This document shows, in pieces, positions 25,135 through 35,123 of a stretch of DNA of 55,493 nt (position 1 is its first letter; every line of letters begins with the position of its first letter). The stretch lies in the IMG/VR virus record IMGVR_UViG_3300032266_000647, positions 1-55,493 of that record; one strand, 5' to 3'. The stretch is from a virus. Its lineage: Duplodnaviria > Caudoviricetes. Below the pieces are notes generated by a model that was not told the DNA's origin, did not search any database, and saw only the letters and a list, made by a program, of their open reading frames with translations. Position numbers and translations under genes: made by a program.

Positions 25135-26250
25135 ATGGCTCGCACGATCATCGGCGTCAACGACGCCAAGGCAGTAAAGCGGTGGGCGGGGCTTCTGGCC
25201 TACGACACGTCGCAGAAGTCGTATTTCAATCAGCGGTTCATGGCGCGTGGCAACGATGCCGAAGTGCCTATCCAGATCCTGACCGATCTGGAGTCGGATG
25301 CCGGTGAGCAGATCAACTATGACCTGCTGGCCGAGCTGCGCATGGCGCCGGTTGAGGGCGAGGATGTTCTCGAAGGCAAGGAAGAGGCGCAGCGGTTCTA
25401 CACCGACTCCATCTACATCGACCAGGCGCGCTGCGGCGTGAACACCGGCGGGCGCATGACCCGCAAGCGCACCCTGCACGATCTGCGCGAGAAGGCCAAG
25501 CGCCAGCAGTCGAGCTGGTGGGCGCGTCTGATGGACGAGCTGATGTTCATCTACCTGTCGGGCTCGCGCGGTGTCAACGCCAACTTCCTGGTGCCAGCCG
25601 GCTACAGCGGACGCGCCAACAACTCGCTGACCGCGCCGGACAGCAACCACATCCTGTACGGCAACGACGCGACCGCGTTCAACAACATCGACGCGAACGA
25701 CAAGTTCGATCTGCGCCTGGTCGATCGCGCGAAGACCAAAGCGGATGCGCAAGGTGGCGGTGCGACCAACATCCCGGTCTTGCAGCCGTGCAAGATCGAC
25801 GGCAACGAGACGTTCGTGTGCGTGATGCACACGTTCCAGGAGGATGACCTTCGCTCCAACACGGCCACCGGCCAGTGGATCGACATCCAGAAGGCGTCGG
25901 CTGCCGCCGAAGGTCGCAACAACCCGCTGTTCAAGGGCAGCCTGGGTATGTACCGGGGTGTGATCCTGCACTCGCACCGCAACGTGATTCGCTTCAACAA
26001 CGCAGGCGCTGGCGCCAACGTCGAGGCGGCGCGCGCGCTGTTCCTTGGCTCGCAGGCCGCCGTGTGCGCGTTCGGCTCGCCGGGCACGAACCTGCGTTTC
26101 GACTGGAACGAAGAGACCAGGGATAACGGGGACAAGGTGGTCATCACGACCAGCTCGATCTTCGGCATCAAGAAGGTCACGTTCACCACTGAAATCGGGG
26201 CACAAGACTTCGGTCTGTTCAGCCTCGACACTGCCGCCGCGTCGCGGTAA
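25135..26250 (+). CDS. Major capsid protein, N4-gp56/DUF4043 family
   Basis: LTDLESDAGEQINYDL, VEGEDVLEGKEE, GRMTRKRTLHDLR, NPLFKGSLGMYRGVILH. Confidence 0.92.
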   Translation: MARTIIGVNDAKAVKRWAGLLAYDTSQKSYFNQRFMARGNDAEVPIQILTDLESDAGEQINYDLLAELRMAPVEGEDVLEGKEEAQRFYTDSIYIDQARCGVNTGGRMTRKRTLHDLREKAKRQQSSWWARLMDELMFIYLSGSRGVNANFLVPAGYSGRANNSLTAPDSNHILYGNDATAFNNIDANDKFDLRLVDRAKTKADAQGGGATNIPVLQPCKIDGNETFVCVMHTFQEDDLRSNTATGQWIDIQKASAAAEGRNNPLFKGSLGMYRGVILHSHRNVIRFNNAGAGANVEAARALFLGSQAAVCAFGSPGTNLRFDWNEETRDNGDKVVITTSSIFGIKKVTFTTEIGAQDFGLFSLDTAAASR

Positions 26251-26261
26251 GGAGATCAGAC

Positions 26262-26750
26262 ATGCCGTTTTCCGCTGCTGCTCAAGCGAGCAACGACTTT
26301 TTCACGGGCCGCGCCCAGGCTCCGACCACGTTCGACGGTTCAGTCATGGCGGTGCGCTCGGCCGTGTCGCTGGCGACGGCCGACCTTGCCAACGGCACCG
26401 TCGGCGGCTTGGCGATCCTGCCGGCCGGCGCAATTCCGGTGGCCTTTGAGCTGGATGCGACGCAACTTGACTCCAACGGCACGCCGACCCTGGCGTACTC
26501 CGTGGGTGTTCTGAACGCTGCGCAGACCGCAATCTCGACGGCAACCGCCGACGGTGGCGCTGCCTGGGCGACCGGCCAGACGACCGGCCGCACGAGCGGC
26601 GGTTCTGCCTCGGGCATTGTGGCCAGCCGCCCGGCAAAGCTGGTCACGCCGTCCACGTCGGATCGCACGATCGGCGTGTCACTGACCGCCGCTGCCGCAA
26701 CGGCCGTGGCGGGCACGCTCGCCATGACGCTGTGGTATCGCTTCCCGTAA
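26262..26750 (+). CDS. Putative capsid decoration protein
   Basis: Ala/Thr/Gly-rich; directly after the major capsid gene and before a terminator. Confidence 0.65.
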   Translation: MPFSAAAQASNDFFTGRAQAPTTFDGSVMAVRSAVSLATADLANGTVGGLAILPAGAIPVAFELDATQLDSNGTPTLAYSVGVLNAAQTAISTATADGGAAWATGQTTGRTSGGSASGIVASRPAKLVTPSTSDRTIGVSLTAAAATAVAGTLAMTLWYRFP

Positions 26751-26815
26751 CGAGTGACCGGGAGCTGTAAGCGCGAACGAGTTGTCTCCCTATGGCGCGC
26801 TCGTTGCGCGCTTTG

Positions 26816-26840
26816 AAGGGGGGGCCAACCCCCCTTTTTT
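26816..26840 (+). terminator. Rho-independent terminator after the capsid genes
   Basis: AAGGGGGGG-CCAA-CCCCCC-TTTTTT. Confidence 0.8.
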
Positions 26841-26854
26841 CTTGGAGGAAATTC

Positions 26855-27259
26855 ATGAGGCTGCAAACCGCAATTCAACCGCGTCGCGACGGCACGGTGC
26901 GCGTCTCTGGCGAAGCGGGCCAGACGTTCATTTTCAGTGCCGATCAGGACGGCGATCTGACGTGCGACGTGGACTGCGAGGCGACCGTGGCGCGCCTGCT
27001 GGCCGGCGGTCAGTTCTACCCGGCCAACCCGGAAGACTTCGACGCGGCGCTGGCGCTGAGCGAGAAGGCGGCGGCAGAGAAGGCGGCGGCCGAGCGGGCG
27101 CTGTCCGGCGCGAATCCGGTCGATCCCGACGACGACGACGACGACGACGACGATGATCCGGTCGATCCGCAGGCGCTGCCGGTGGAGGCCAACACGCCGC
27201 CGGTGCCGGCGCGCGCGACCAAGAACAAGAAGGCGGCGGCGCAAGCTGCCGCGCACTGA
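26855..27259 (+). CDS. Hypothetical head-associated protein
   Basis: GGAGG SD; poly-Asp tract. Confidence 0.7.
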   Translation: MRLQTAIQPRRDGTVRVSGEAGQTFIFSADQDGDLTCDVDCEATVARLLAGGQFYPANPEDFDAALALSEKAAAEKAAAERALSGANPVDPDDDDDDDDDDPVDPQALPVEANTPPVPARATKNKKAAAQAAAH

Positions 27260-27271
27260 GCGGGGGGCGGT

Positions 27272-27424
27272 ATGGAAACCTGGGTGTACGTGCTGATGGC
27301 CGTGATCGTGATTGCGGCCGTGATCTACGCGACCAAGGGGCGCCGCTCGGGCGGATCCGGTGCGGGCGGCAATCCGCGGCCGCGCTCGGAAGCTGAACCG
27401 CGGGAGCCTTCGTCGGAGCAGTAG
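27272..27424 (+). CDS. 50-aa single-pass membrane protein (not in ORF track)
   Basis: METWVYVLMAVIVIAAVIYATKGRR...; fills the intergenic gap. Confidence 0.6.
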   Translation: METWVYVLMAVIVIAAVIYATKGRRSGGSGAGGNPRPRSEAEPREPSSEQ

Positions 27425-27425
27425 T

Positions 27426-28040
27426 GTGGCTGCACTGAGCGCACTGTATCCGGACATCCTGCCCTACGTGCCGGGGTGTCCTGACCCGATGCTGGATCAG
27501 GAAATTCGGCGCGCGGCGCGCGAGTTCTGTCACCGCGCGCGCCCCTGGGTGACGTGGCTGACTGACATCACCACGTCGGCCGCGGTGCGTTCCTACGCGA
27601 TCACGCTGCCGGCCGACTCGGAGATCTTCCGAATCGAGCGGGCGACGCTGGACGATCAGCCGCTGGACGTGCTGGTGTACCGCGAGCAGGAAGCGGATCC
27701 GGCAACCGTGGCCGGGCAGTGGCCCGGCGTGGTCTCGCGCGATCGGCAGAACGTGGTGCTGATACGCGATCCGGCGGCCGGTCAGAAGCTGAAACTCCAG
27801 GCGGTGCTGGCGCCCAGCGCGACGGCGGCAACGCTCGATGACACGCTGGTCGCGCAGTTCGGTGCGGCCATTGCCGAGGGCGCGAAGTACCGCCTGATGC
27901 GCGTGCCCGGCCCGCTGCACAAGCCCCAGTCGGCCGAGGAGGCGCGGCTGCTGTTCGAGATGGCGATTGCTGCCGCCAGCCACGCCGCGTACCGCAGCCA
28001 GACGAACACGACGCCACGCGCCTCGGTGAAGTGGTGCTGA
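27426..28040 (+). CDS. Head-tail adaptor-like protein
   Basis: LYPDILPYVPGCPDPMLDQEIRRAAREFC; AIAEGAKYRLMRVPG. Confidence 0.7.
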   Translation: MAALSALYPDILPYVPGCPDPMLDQEIRRAAREFCHRARPWVTWLTDITTSAAVRSYAITLPADSEIFRIERATLDDQPLDVLVYREQEADPATVAGQWPGVVSRDRQNVVLIRDPAAGQKLKLQAVLAPSATAATLDDTLVAQFGAAIAEGAKYRLMRVPGPLHKPQSAEEARLLFEMAIAAASHAAYRSQTNTTPRASVKWC

Positions 28041-28057
28041 TCTTGTAGGAGAACGAC

Positions 28058-28771
28058 ATGCCGATTGCTGCCCAGTCCATCATCCGCCGCTGCGTCGAGA
28101 CGCTGCAAGACAACAGCTCGATCCGCTGGCCGGTGGCCGAGCTGGTGCGCTACCTGAACGACGGCCAGCGGGAGATCATCGTCCACCGTCCGGATGCGAT
28201 GGTGACGAACGCCACGCAGGCGCTGGCGGCAGGCTCGCGCCAGACGCTGCCTGCGGCCGGCGCAAAGCTGATCGACGTGATCCGCAACACCAGCGGCAAC
28301 AAGCGCGCGGTTCGCATGTGCGCGCGGGAGATCCTGGACGCGCAAAGCCCGAATTGGCACAACCTGGCCGGGGCGACCGAGATCGTGCATTTCATGTTCG
28401 ATCCGCGCGATCCGCGCACTTTCTACGTCTACCCGCCGGCCGCGGCCTCGGGCGCCTCGCTCGAGATCGTCTACTCGGCGCTGCCGACCGACATCACCGA
28501 GCCGGCTGCCGGCACGGACTACACGGCGGTATCGGGCAACATCAGCGTGCCGGACATCCACGGCAACGTGTTGCAGGACTACATCCTGTACCGGGCCTAC
28601 ACGAAGGACGCCGGCTACGCGGGCAATGATGCGCGTGCCGCGGCGCGCTACGCCGCCTTTGCGAACGGCCTGGGGATGGAGATCAAGGCGACGCTGGGCG
28701 TTTCCCCGACTTCGCTGGGCAATCCGGCGGCGCCGCAGGCAGCCGCCGCGGTGGCCGGCGGCGCGGTCTGA
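28058..28771 (+). CDS. Head-tail adaptor (DUF6682-like)
   Basis: LQD...RWPVAELVRYLNDGQREI...FYVYPP...DYILYRAYTKD. Confidence 0.75.
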   Translation: MPIAAQSIIRRCVETLQDNSSIRWPVAELVRYLNDGQREIIVHRPDAMVTNATQALAAGSRQTLPAAGAKLIDVIRNTSGNKRAVRMCAREILDAQSPNWHNLAGATEIVHFMFDPRDPRTFYVYPPAAASGASLEIVYSALPTDITEPAAGTDYTAVSGNISVPDIHGNVLQDYILYRAYTKDAGYAGNDARAAARYAAFANGLGMEIKATLGVSPTSLGNPAAPQAAAAVAGGAV

Positions 28772-28782
28772 TGCGGTGAGCC

Positions 28783-30504
28783 GTGTCTGTCCTGCGCCTG
28801 GCCGGCTTTGCCGGCGAAAACCGCGCCCTGCATCCGACGCTGCTGCCTGATCCGGTCGGGACGGTCAGCCGCAATCAGAAGCCCGGCCGGGGCGATCTGC
28901 GCGCCTGGTTGCAGCCGCTGAACGTGGCGACCGTGCCCTCGGGGCGCACGTCGATCTACCGGATGGGCCGCGACGTGGCCAGCGATAGCCAGTATTGGCT
29001 GTCCTGGACGACGGTCGTCCATGCGGTGCGCGGGTTCGATCCCGATGACACCACGGAGCGCACCTACTACACCGGCGACGGCGCGCCGAAGGTGACGGAC
29101 AACACGATCGGCCTGGCGACCGCGCCGTACCCTACGGCAAGCCGGCCGCTGGGCATCCCGGCGCCCGTTGCGGCGCCGACTCTGACGGCCGCCGGCGGCG
29201 GCGTGGGGCAACTGGCCACGGCGTTCTACGTCTACACCTACGTCAACGACTGGGGCTGGGAGTCGGCGCCGAGTCCGGTCAGCGCGGCCAACACGCGCAA
29301 GTCGGACGACACGGCGACCCTTAGCGCCTTCTCGGCGGTGCCGTCCGGCAACTACGGGATCACGGCCATCCGGATCTACCGGACGGCCACCGGCGCCAGC
29401 GGCGCGACGGAGTTCTTTTACCTGCGCGAGATCGCCATCGGCACGGCCAGCACGACCGATGACAACCGCTCGCTCGGGGAAGTGCTGGAAACGACGACCT
29501 GGCTGCCGGCGCCGGGCGTGCCGCGCGGTGGCGCGGCTGGCGGATCCGAGGCAAACCTGTCGAACCTGACGGCGCTGTGGAACGGGATGCTGGCGGGCAT
29601 CGTCAACAACCGCGTGCGGTTCTGCGAGCCGTATATCGCCTACGCCTGGCCGGACGAGTACGACGTGGTGCCGCCGGATTCCAAGGCGGTCGCGCTCGGG
29701 GTGTTCGGCCAGCAACTGCTGGTACTGACAACCGGCCGGCCGCTGATCGTGGCCGGCTCCGGCCCGGACAGCCTGGATCATCGTCCGCTGGAGATCCCGC
29801 AGGGCTGCGTGGCGTCGCGCTCGGTGGTGAGCATGGGCAACGGCGTGGCTTGGGCGAGCGAGGACGGGCTGTGCTGGTTCGGCGCTGGCGGCGGCTCGAT
29901 CCTGACGGCCGGCACGATGACGCGCACGGACTGGCGGGCGCTGGTGCCCAGCTCGATCATCGGCCGCATGTACGAGGGGCTGTATTTCGGCAGCTACTCG
30001 ACCGACGGCGGCACGACGCGGCAGGGATTCATGATCGACCCGTCGAACCCGACGGGGATCTACTTCCTCGACTCCGGCTACGCGGGGACGCACTTCGACG
30101 AGCTGCAAGACCAGCTCTACGTGCTGTCCGGCACGAACGTGCAGCGGTGGGATGCCGGCGCGTCGTCGATGACGTACCGCTTCCGCAGCAAGGTGTTCGA
30201 GCTGCCGAAGCCCGAAAACCTGGCCGCGCTGGAAGTGAAGGCCGACAGCTACCCGGTGACGGTGCGGATCGACGCGCTGAACCTGTCGGCGACGGCGGTG
30301 TCCGCGCTGGTGGCGCAGCGGCCGGCGGTGTTCTCGGCGCCGACTTCGACCACGTTCCGCTACACCGTGAGCGTGACCAGCGGCGACGCGGTGCCGCTGC
30401 CCGGTGGATTCCTGACCGATAAGTGGCAAATCGAGCTCGAGGGGACGGGCGCGGTGCAGTCGGCCGCGATGGCGTCAAGCGTTGACGAGCTGAAACAGGT
30501 GTGA
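28783..30504 (+). CDS. Tail tubular/nozzle protein
   Basis: YVYTYVNDWGWESAPSP, FCEPYIAYAWP, QGCVASRSVV; position. Confidence 0.7.
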   Translation: MSVLRLAGFAGENRALHPTLLPDPVGTVSRNQKPGRGDLRAWLQPLNVATVPSGRTSIYRMGRDVASDSQYWLSWTTVVHAVRGFDPDDTTERTYYTGDGAPKVTDNTIGLATAPYPTASRPLGIPAPVAAPTLTAAGGGVGQLATAFYVYTYVNDWGWESAPSPVSAANTRKSDDTATLSAFSAVPSGNYGITAIRIYRTATGASGATEFFYLREIAIGTASTTDDNRSLGEVLETTTWLPAPGVPRGGAAGGSEANLSNLTALWNGMLAGIVNNRVRFCEPYIAYAWPDEYDVVPPDSKAVALGVFGQQLLVLTTGRPLIVAGSGPDSLDHRPLEIPQGCVASRSVVSMGNGVAWASEDGLCWFGAGGGSILTAGTMTRTDWRALVPSSIIGRMYEGLYFGSYSTDGGTTRQGFMIDPSNPTGIYFLDSGYAGTHFDELQDQLYVLSGTNVQRWDAGASSMTYRFRSKVFELPKPENLAALEVKADSYPVTVRIDALNLSATAVSALVAQRPAVFSAPTSTTFRYTVSVTSGDAVPLPGGFLTDKWQIELEGTGAVQSAAMASSVDELKQV

Positions 30505-33500
30505 CGGTGGCCGATCGTCCTGACTTGCCAGGCCCGCGGGCGCAGAATTTCGAGCAGCGCGTCCATGAGACGCTGATGGTCTACCTGGGCCGGCAGGGCA
30601 ACCCGCTGGATCGCGGCCTGACGCTGCGCGACCTGGCGGACTGCGGTATGGTCGAGCTGCGCGACGGGTTCAGCCTGCGCAACTCCGCCGCGTCGCTGCC
30701 GATCCAGCCTGGGCCGTCCGTGGGCGGAGACGCGACGCCGGACTACACGCCGCCGCCGACACCGACCGGCTTTGCGGCCACGGCCGGCCTGACCACGGTG
30801 ATCGTGACGCACGACGCGCCGACCTACACGCAGGGCCACGGCCACCTGCGCACCCGGCTGTTCGGCGCGCAGTGGGTCAGCGGCCCGCTGCCGACCATCA
30901 GCAACGCGGTGGAGCTGGCGCAGTTCACCGGCCAGGTCTTCGTGCTGTCAACGCCGATCGGCACCACCTGGCGGCTGTGGATACGCTGGGAGACAAATGA
31001 CGGCGTGATCGGCCAGCCTGCCGGCGGAACCAACGGCCTGGAAGTGACGACCGGGAAGATCGGCAACGTCGATCTCGGCCCGCTGATCGTTGAGGCCGGC
31101 AACATCGCCAACAACGCGGTGGTGACGACCAAGCTGGCCGACGCGGCGGTGACAGCCGCGAAGCTGATCGACAACGCGGTCTCGGCGCAAAAGATCGTCG
31201 ATGGCGCGATCGTCACCGCAAAGCTGGCCGATGCGGGCGTGACCTCCGGCAAGCTGGTCGATGGGGCGGTCGTGACGAACAAGCTGGCCGATGCATCGGT
31301 GCAGGCCGCCAAGATCGTCGATGGTGCCGTCGTGGCGTCCAAGGTCGCGGCAAAGTCGATCTCCGCTGAAAAGCTGATTCTGACCACCCTCGACAACCTC
31401 GCACCTAACGGCAACCTTGCCACCGGCGATCTGACCGACTGGCGGGCGTGGGTTGGCTCGATTGCGGCTGTGTCGCGCGGTACGGCCGGTGTGCCGGCTG
31501 GCGCTCCGGCGAACAACGTGCTGCGCCTGATCGAAACCGGCGGGTCAACGGTTGCCGCGGCGTTCAACTGCGCCCGTGCGTACAGCGACACCGATGCATG
31601 GAAGTACGGGATTGGCTGCCGCGAGGGGGAGCAATTCCGGGTGGCGATCGACGCGGCGCGAGGAGCGACGACCGGGACGTTGATTGTCTACCTGTACTGG
31701 GCGCTCACCGACGGCAGCTACACAAGCAGCACGCTCGTCATTTCCAGCGGCGGCGTGACGACGACATGGGCCGAGTATTCCGGGATGGTCACGGTGCCTG
31801 CCAATGCCGTCTCCTGCTGGCCCTACGTGTACTGGGTGCCGAACACCACCGGCGTCAGCGCCACGCTGTACACCGCCAACCTGCGCGTCATCCGCGCAGC
31901 CAGCGCAGAGCTGGTCGTCGATGGTGCGATCACGGCTGCGAAGGTGGCGACCAACGCGATCACGGCCGACAAAATCGCCGCGAACGCAGTGGCTGCGGGC
32001 AAGATCGCTGCGAACGCTGTCACCGCGAACGAGCTGGCGGCCAACTCGGTTGTTGCCGGCAAGATCGCCGCGAACGCTGTCACTGCCGACGCGATTCAGG
32101 CCAGCGCGATCACCACGGCGAAGCTGCTGGTGGTCGACCAAGGGCTGTGCCTGAACGCTGACCCGAATACGCGCGACCTGAGCGCGTGGATCTACGCCGG
32201 CACGATGGCGGTGGTCAACGACACCACTTCGCCCACCGGCGGCACCGTGATCGAGGCGACGAACAACGGCCAACTGCTGTCGCGGGCGGCGGCCATCGAC
32301 CCGACGCGCAACTACGAGTTCCGAATCTGGATCAAGCAGCAGACTGGTTCGTCTCCGACATACCTGACCGTGGCGTTTCAAGACGCGGCGGGCACGAACA
32401 TCAGTGGCGGCGCGTCAGGCTGGCCGGGCGCCGGCACGTACTTCTACTTCGGCCTCGTCAATCAGACGCCCTCCGGGATATGGTCGGAGTACCGCATCAG
32501 CTTCGGGCCGAACGAAGCTGCTGGGATTCCCTCCGGGGCGCGCTTCTGCAACGTCGGCTTCCTCGCCAACTACGCGACGACGGGCACCCAGCGCGTGACC
32601 GGCATCCGCCTGATGCAGAAGGCCGATGCCGAGCTGATCGTAGACGGCGCGATCACGGCCAACAAGGTTGCGGCCAACGCGATCGTCGCGGGCAAGATCG
32701 CAGCCAACGCGATCGGCGCGTCCAACATCATCGCGGGCACGATCACCGGCGACCGCCTGGCGGCGGCCACCATCACCGCAGGAAACATCGCCTCGGCAAC
32801 GATTACCGCCACACAGATCGCATCGGCAACAATCACCGGCGACCGCATTGCCGGCACCACGATCACCGCCGGCAACATCGCCGCAGGGGCGATCTCGGCC
32901 GACAAGATTTCGTCCGGTACGGGCGGCAAGAACCTGCTGCAAAACTCCGGGCCGAACCTCGAAAACTCGACGATCCAGTGGCTGAAAACGTCGGACGGCA
33001 ACGCGGGCGCTGGCACGCGGACGTTCGGCGCGTCTTGGTCGGACTGGCGCCCGCGGGGCGTCGGCGGCATCTTTGTCCGAGCAGAGAATTGGACGCCCGC
33101 CAACGGAACAGTCTTTGCGGACATCACGAACACACACCACAACAACGGCGTCTTTGTGACGACTGACGCGGTGCCGTGCATTCCGGGTCGCAGGTATGAG
33201 CTTCACGCTTGGATTTCGGCGCATCGAGCGGCTGGGGAGCCTCGCATCTTTTTCTACGACGCGGCCGGTGTCTCCATCTCCGAAACGCCGGGGTTTGGCG
33301 CATCGAATCTGGCCGGAAACATCAACGACCAGAACGCGCAGAACTACACCGGCACGGCGCGATACGGCGGGTTTTTCACCGCGCCCGCCGGCGCGACAAC
33401 GATGGCTTTCTGCATTCGGTGCTACGGGCGCGGGTTGACCGACCCCTACGTGTTCATCTCGCAAGCCTACTTGGGCGAGGCGACAGCCAATCAGACCGAG

Positions 33501-33731
33501 GCGTCGCCGTGGTCTGCGGGCGCCTCAAGCACGACCATCATCGGGGACAACATCAAGAGCGGCACGATTCAGGCCAACCGTCTGAGCGTCAGCCAGCTCT
33601 CGGCCATCGCCGCCGATGTGGGCCTGCTGCGCACCGCGTCCAGCGGCGGCCGGATGGAGATTCAGGCCAACCAGCAGCGGGTCTACGACACCAGCGGCGT
33701 CGAGCGCCTGCGCATCGGATACCTGCTGTGA
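30501..33731 (+). CDS. Tail fibre with 10-aa repeats and three globular beta modules
   Basis: Repeats of the AVTAAKLADA type in three blocks, alternating with carbohydrate-binding-like domains. Confidence 0.8.
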   Translation: MTVADRPDLPGPRAQNFEQRVHETLMVYLGRQGNPLDRGLTLRDLADCGMVELRDGFSLRNSAASLPIQPGPSVGGDATPDYTPPPTPTGFAATAGLTTVIVTHDAPTYTQGHGHLRTRLFGAQWVSGPLPTISNAVELAQFTGQVFVLSTPIGTTWRLWIRWETNDGVIGQPAGGTNGLEVTTGKIGNVDLGPLIVEAGNIANNAVVTTKLADAAVTAAKLIDNAVSAQKIVDGAIVTAKLADAGVTSGKLVDGAVVTNKLADASVQAAKIVDGAVVASKVAAKSISAEKLILTTLDNLAPNGNLATGDLTDWRAWVGSIAAVSRGTAGVPAGAPANNVLRLIETGGSTVAAAFNCARAYSDTDAWKYGIGCREGEQFRVAIDAARGATTGTLIVYLYWALTDGSYTSSTLVISSGGVTTTWAEYSGMVTVPANAVSCWPYVYWVPNTTGVSATLYTANLRVIRAASAELVVDGAITAAKVATNAITADKIAANAVAAGKIAANAVTANELAANSVVAGKIAANAVTADAIQASAITTAKLLVVDQGLCLNADPNTRDLSAWIYAGTMAVVNDTTSPTGGTVIEATNNGQLLSRAAAIDPTRNYEFRIWIKQQTGSSPTYLTVAFQDAAGTNISGGASGWPGAGTYFYFGLVNQTPSGIWSEYRISFGPNEAAGIPSGARFCNVGFLANYATTGTQRVTGIRLMQKADAELIVDGAITANKVAANAIVAGKIAANAIGASNIIAGTITGDRLAAATITAGNIASATITATQIASATITGDRIAGTTITAGNIAAGAISADKISSGTGGKNLLQNSGPNLENSTIQWLKTSDGNAGAGTRTFGASWSDWRPRGVGGIFVRAENWTPANGTVFADITNTHHNNGVFVTTDAVPCIPGRRYELHAWISAHRAAGEPRIFFYDAAGVSISETPGFGASNLAGNINDQNAQNYTGTARYGGFFTAPAGATTMAFCIRCYGRGLTDPYVFISQAYLGEATANQTEASPWSAGASSTTIIGDNIKSGTIQANRLSVSQLSAIAADVGLLRTASSGGRMEIQANQQRVYDTSGVERLRIGYLL

Positions 33732-34012
33732 GCTACGGAATCTCGATCCGCAACGCCTCGGGCGTGGAGACGTTCAACTCACAGCGCCGGGGGGCGGTGT
33801 TTGTTGAGTTCGTGGACGTGCCGAACAACACGGCCGTGACCAAGACCTACAGCAGCCTGACAGGCCGCACGGTGTTCGTGATGGGGCGGCGCTACCAAGG
33901 CGTCAACGGCAACTACGCGCAGCCGTTCACGATCACTTACCCGTCTGGCGTGCCGACGGTGACATTCTCTGCGGTGCTGGGCGCTGCGAGCTGGTGGGTG
34001 TTTGCGCAATGA
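33728..34012 (+). CDS. Tail tip protein
   Basis: (M)SYGISIRNASG N-terminus; GTGA overlap. Confidence 0.65.
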   Translation: MSYGISIRNASGVETFNSQRRGAVFVEFVDVPNNTAVTKTYSSLTGRTVFVMGRRYQGVNGNYAQPFTITYPSGVPTVTFSAVLGAASWWVFAQ

Positions 34013-34725
34013 GCTACGGCCTGCGTTCGTTCACGTCCGGCGGCGAGTGGGTCATCAACGAGACTCAGCCGATCCTGCACTACGTTGCGTCAGCGACCTA
34101 CTACACGACCAACGGCGACGGGGTGTCGGCCGAGCTGGTGGACATCTACCGCGTGACGGCGGCCCGACAGCCGTTCGTGCTGCTGCGGATTGCGTCTGGC
34201 AACTCGGCCGGGGTGGGCCGGGTGTACCTCGTATCCGGCACGACATGGGAGATCGAGGTCGTGGGCACACCGGCGGCGGTGCTGTGCTACATGCAGCTCG
34301 ACACCGAGGCGCCGCTGTCGTCCTACGGGGTTCGTGTGCTGAGCGGGTCGAGCAAGGTGCTGTTCGACTCGACGCGCGCGCCGTTGTGGGCCTCGGAGCT
34401 GTTCAGCATCGCTGGATCAAACGCGGCATCGCCGAACGTGGCCGCGCTGCCCGGTGCGATCACGCTGGCAAACACATACTCTTCGCCGGCGATCACCGCG
34501 TTTTCTGCCGGCAATCACTTTCGGTCGATCGGCCAGCTTGGCAACCCCGGCACGATCACCAACGACTTCCGCCGGCTGGGCTGGCAGCGGACGACGACGG
34601 GCTACACCCCTGTCTGGATCGTGACCGCGGCCGGAGATTATGAGGTAGTCACGGTCAACTACAACCATCACGCGAGCGGCGTCTCCGCTCACACGGTCAT
34701 GGTGGCCGAAACCGCAGGAGTCTGA
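34009..34725 (+). CDS. Tail tip/receptor-binding accessory protein
   Basis: MSYGLRSF and internal SYGVRVL...VLFDS repeat. Confidence 0.65.
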   Translation: MSYGLRSFTSGGEWVINETQPILHYVASATYYTTNGDGVSAELVDIYRVTAARQPFVLLRIASGNSAGVGRVYLVSGTTWEIEVVGTPAAVLCYMQLDTEAPLSSYGVRVLSGSSKVLFDSTRAPLWASELFSIAGSNAASPNVAALPGAITLANTYSSPAITAFSAGNHFRSIGQLGNPGTITNDFRRLGWQRTTTGYTPVWIVTAAGDYEVVTVNYNHHASGVSAHTVMVAETAGV

Positions 34726-34726
34726 C

Positions 34727-35092
34727 ATGGCAATGCACAAACCCATTGAGTTCCCGTCTGGCGTGGTGGCCGATTACCACCGCATCCTGCGGGCCAACGC
34801 CGATTTCGTGTCCCACCCCGGCAAGACGCTGGTGACGGTGGAAATCGGCTGCTACCTGAACCGCGAGGCGCGCGACGCCGGCCGCCCGCCGGTGATGACT
34901 GAGATTCGCACCGCGCTGATCGAGGGGCAGGAGCCGTCCCGCGAGGCGGTCTACGGCTGGCTGTCCCAGCCAGTGCGCAAGGTGCATTCGGTTACCCCGG
35001 TGCCGCGCGGCGAAGGCATTGTGGAAAACGTGCCGATCGAGGTCGAAGACCCGACTTCCCGGACAGGGTTCAACGGCGCCGAGCTGGCGTAG
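34727..35092 (+). CDS. Tail-fibre associated protein
   Basis: SGVVADYHRI...VYGWL...FNGAELA. Confidence 0.6.
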   Translation: MAMHKPIEFPSGVVADYHRILRANADFVSHPGKTLVTVEIGCYLNREARDAGRPPVMTEIRTALIEGQEPSREAVYGWLSQPVRKVHSVTPVPRGEGIVENVPIEVEDPTSRTGFNGAELA

Positions 35093-35098
35093 AGCAGC

Positions 35099-35117
35099 GT
35101 GGCAAGCATGGCAGGCT
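35099..35117 (+). promoter_or_regulatory. Late promoter motif, copy 4
   Basis: GTGGCAAGCATGGCAGGCT; ATG at 35124 with no SD (leaderless). Confidence 0.75.
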
Positions 35118-35123
35118 GGTCCG

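Noticed and set aside
27128-27157. (GAC)n microsatellite
   Set aside because: In-frame poly-Asp coding tract; a similar one lies at about 24076-24100
30501-35092. Diversity-generating retroelement targeting the tail fibre
   Set aside because: No reverse transcriptase and no TR/VR pair seen
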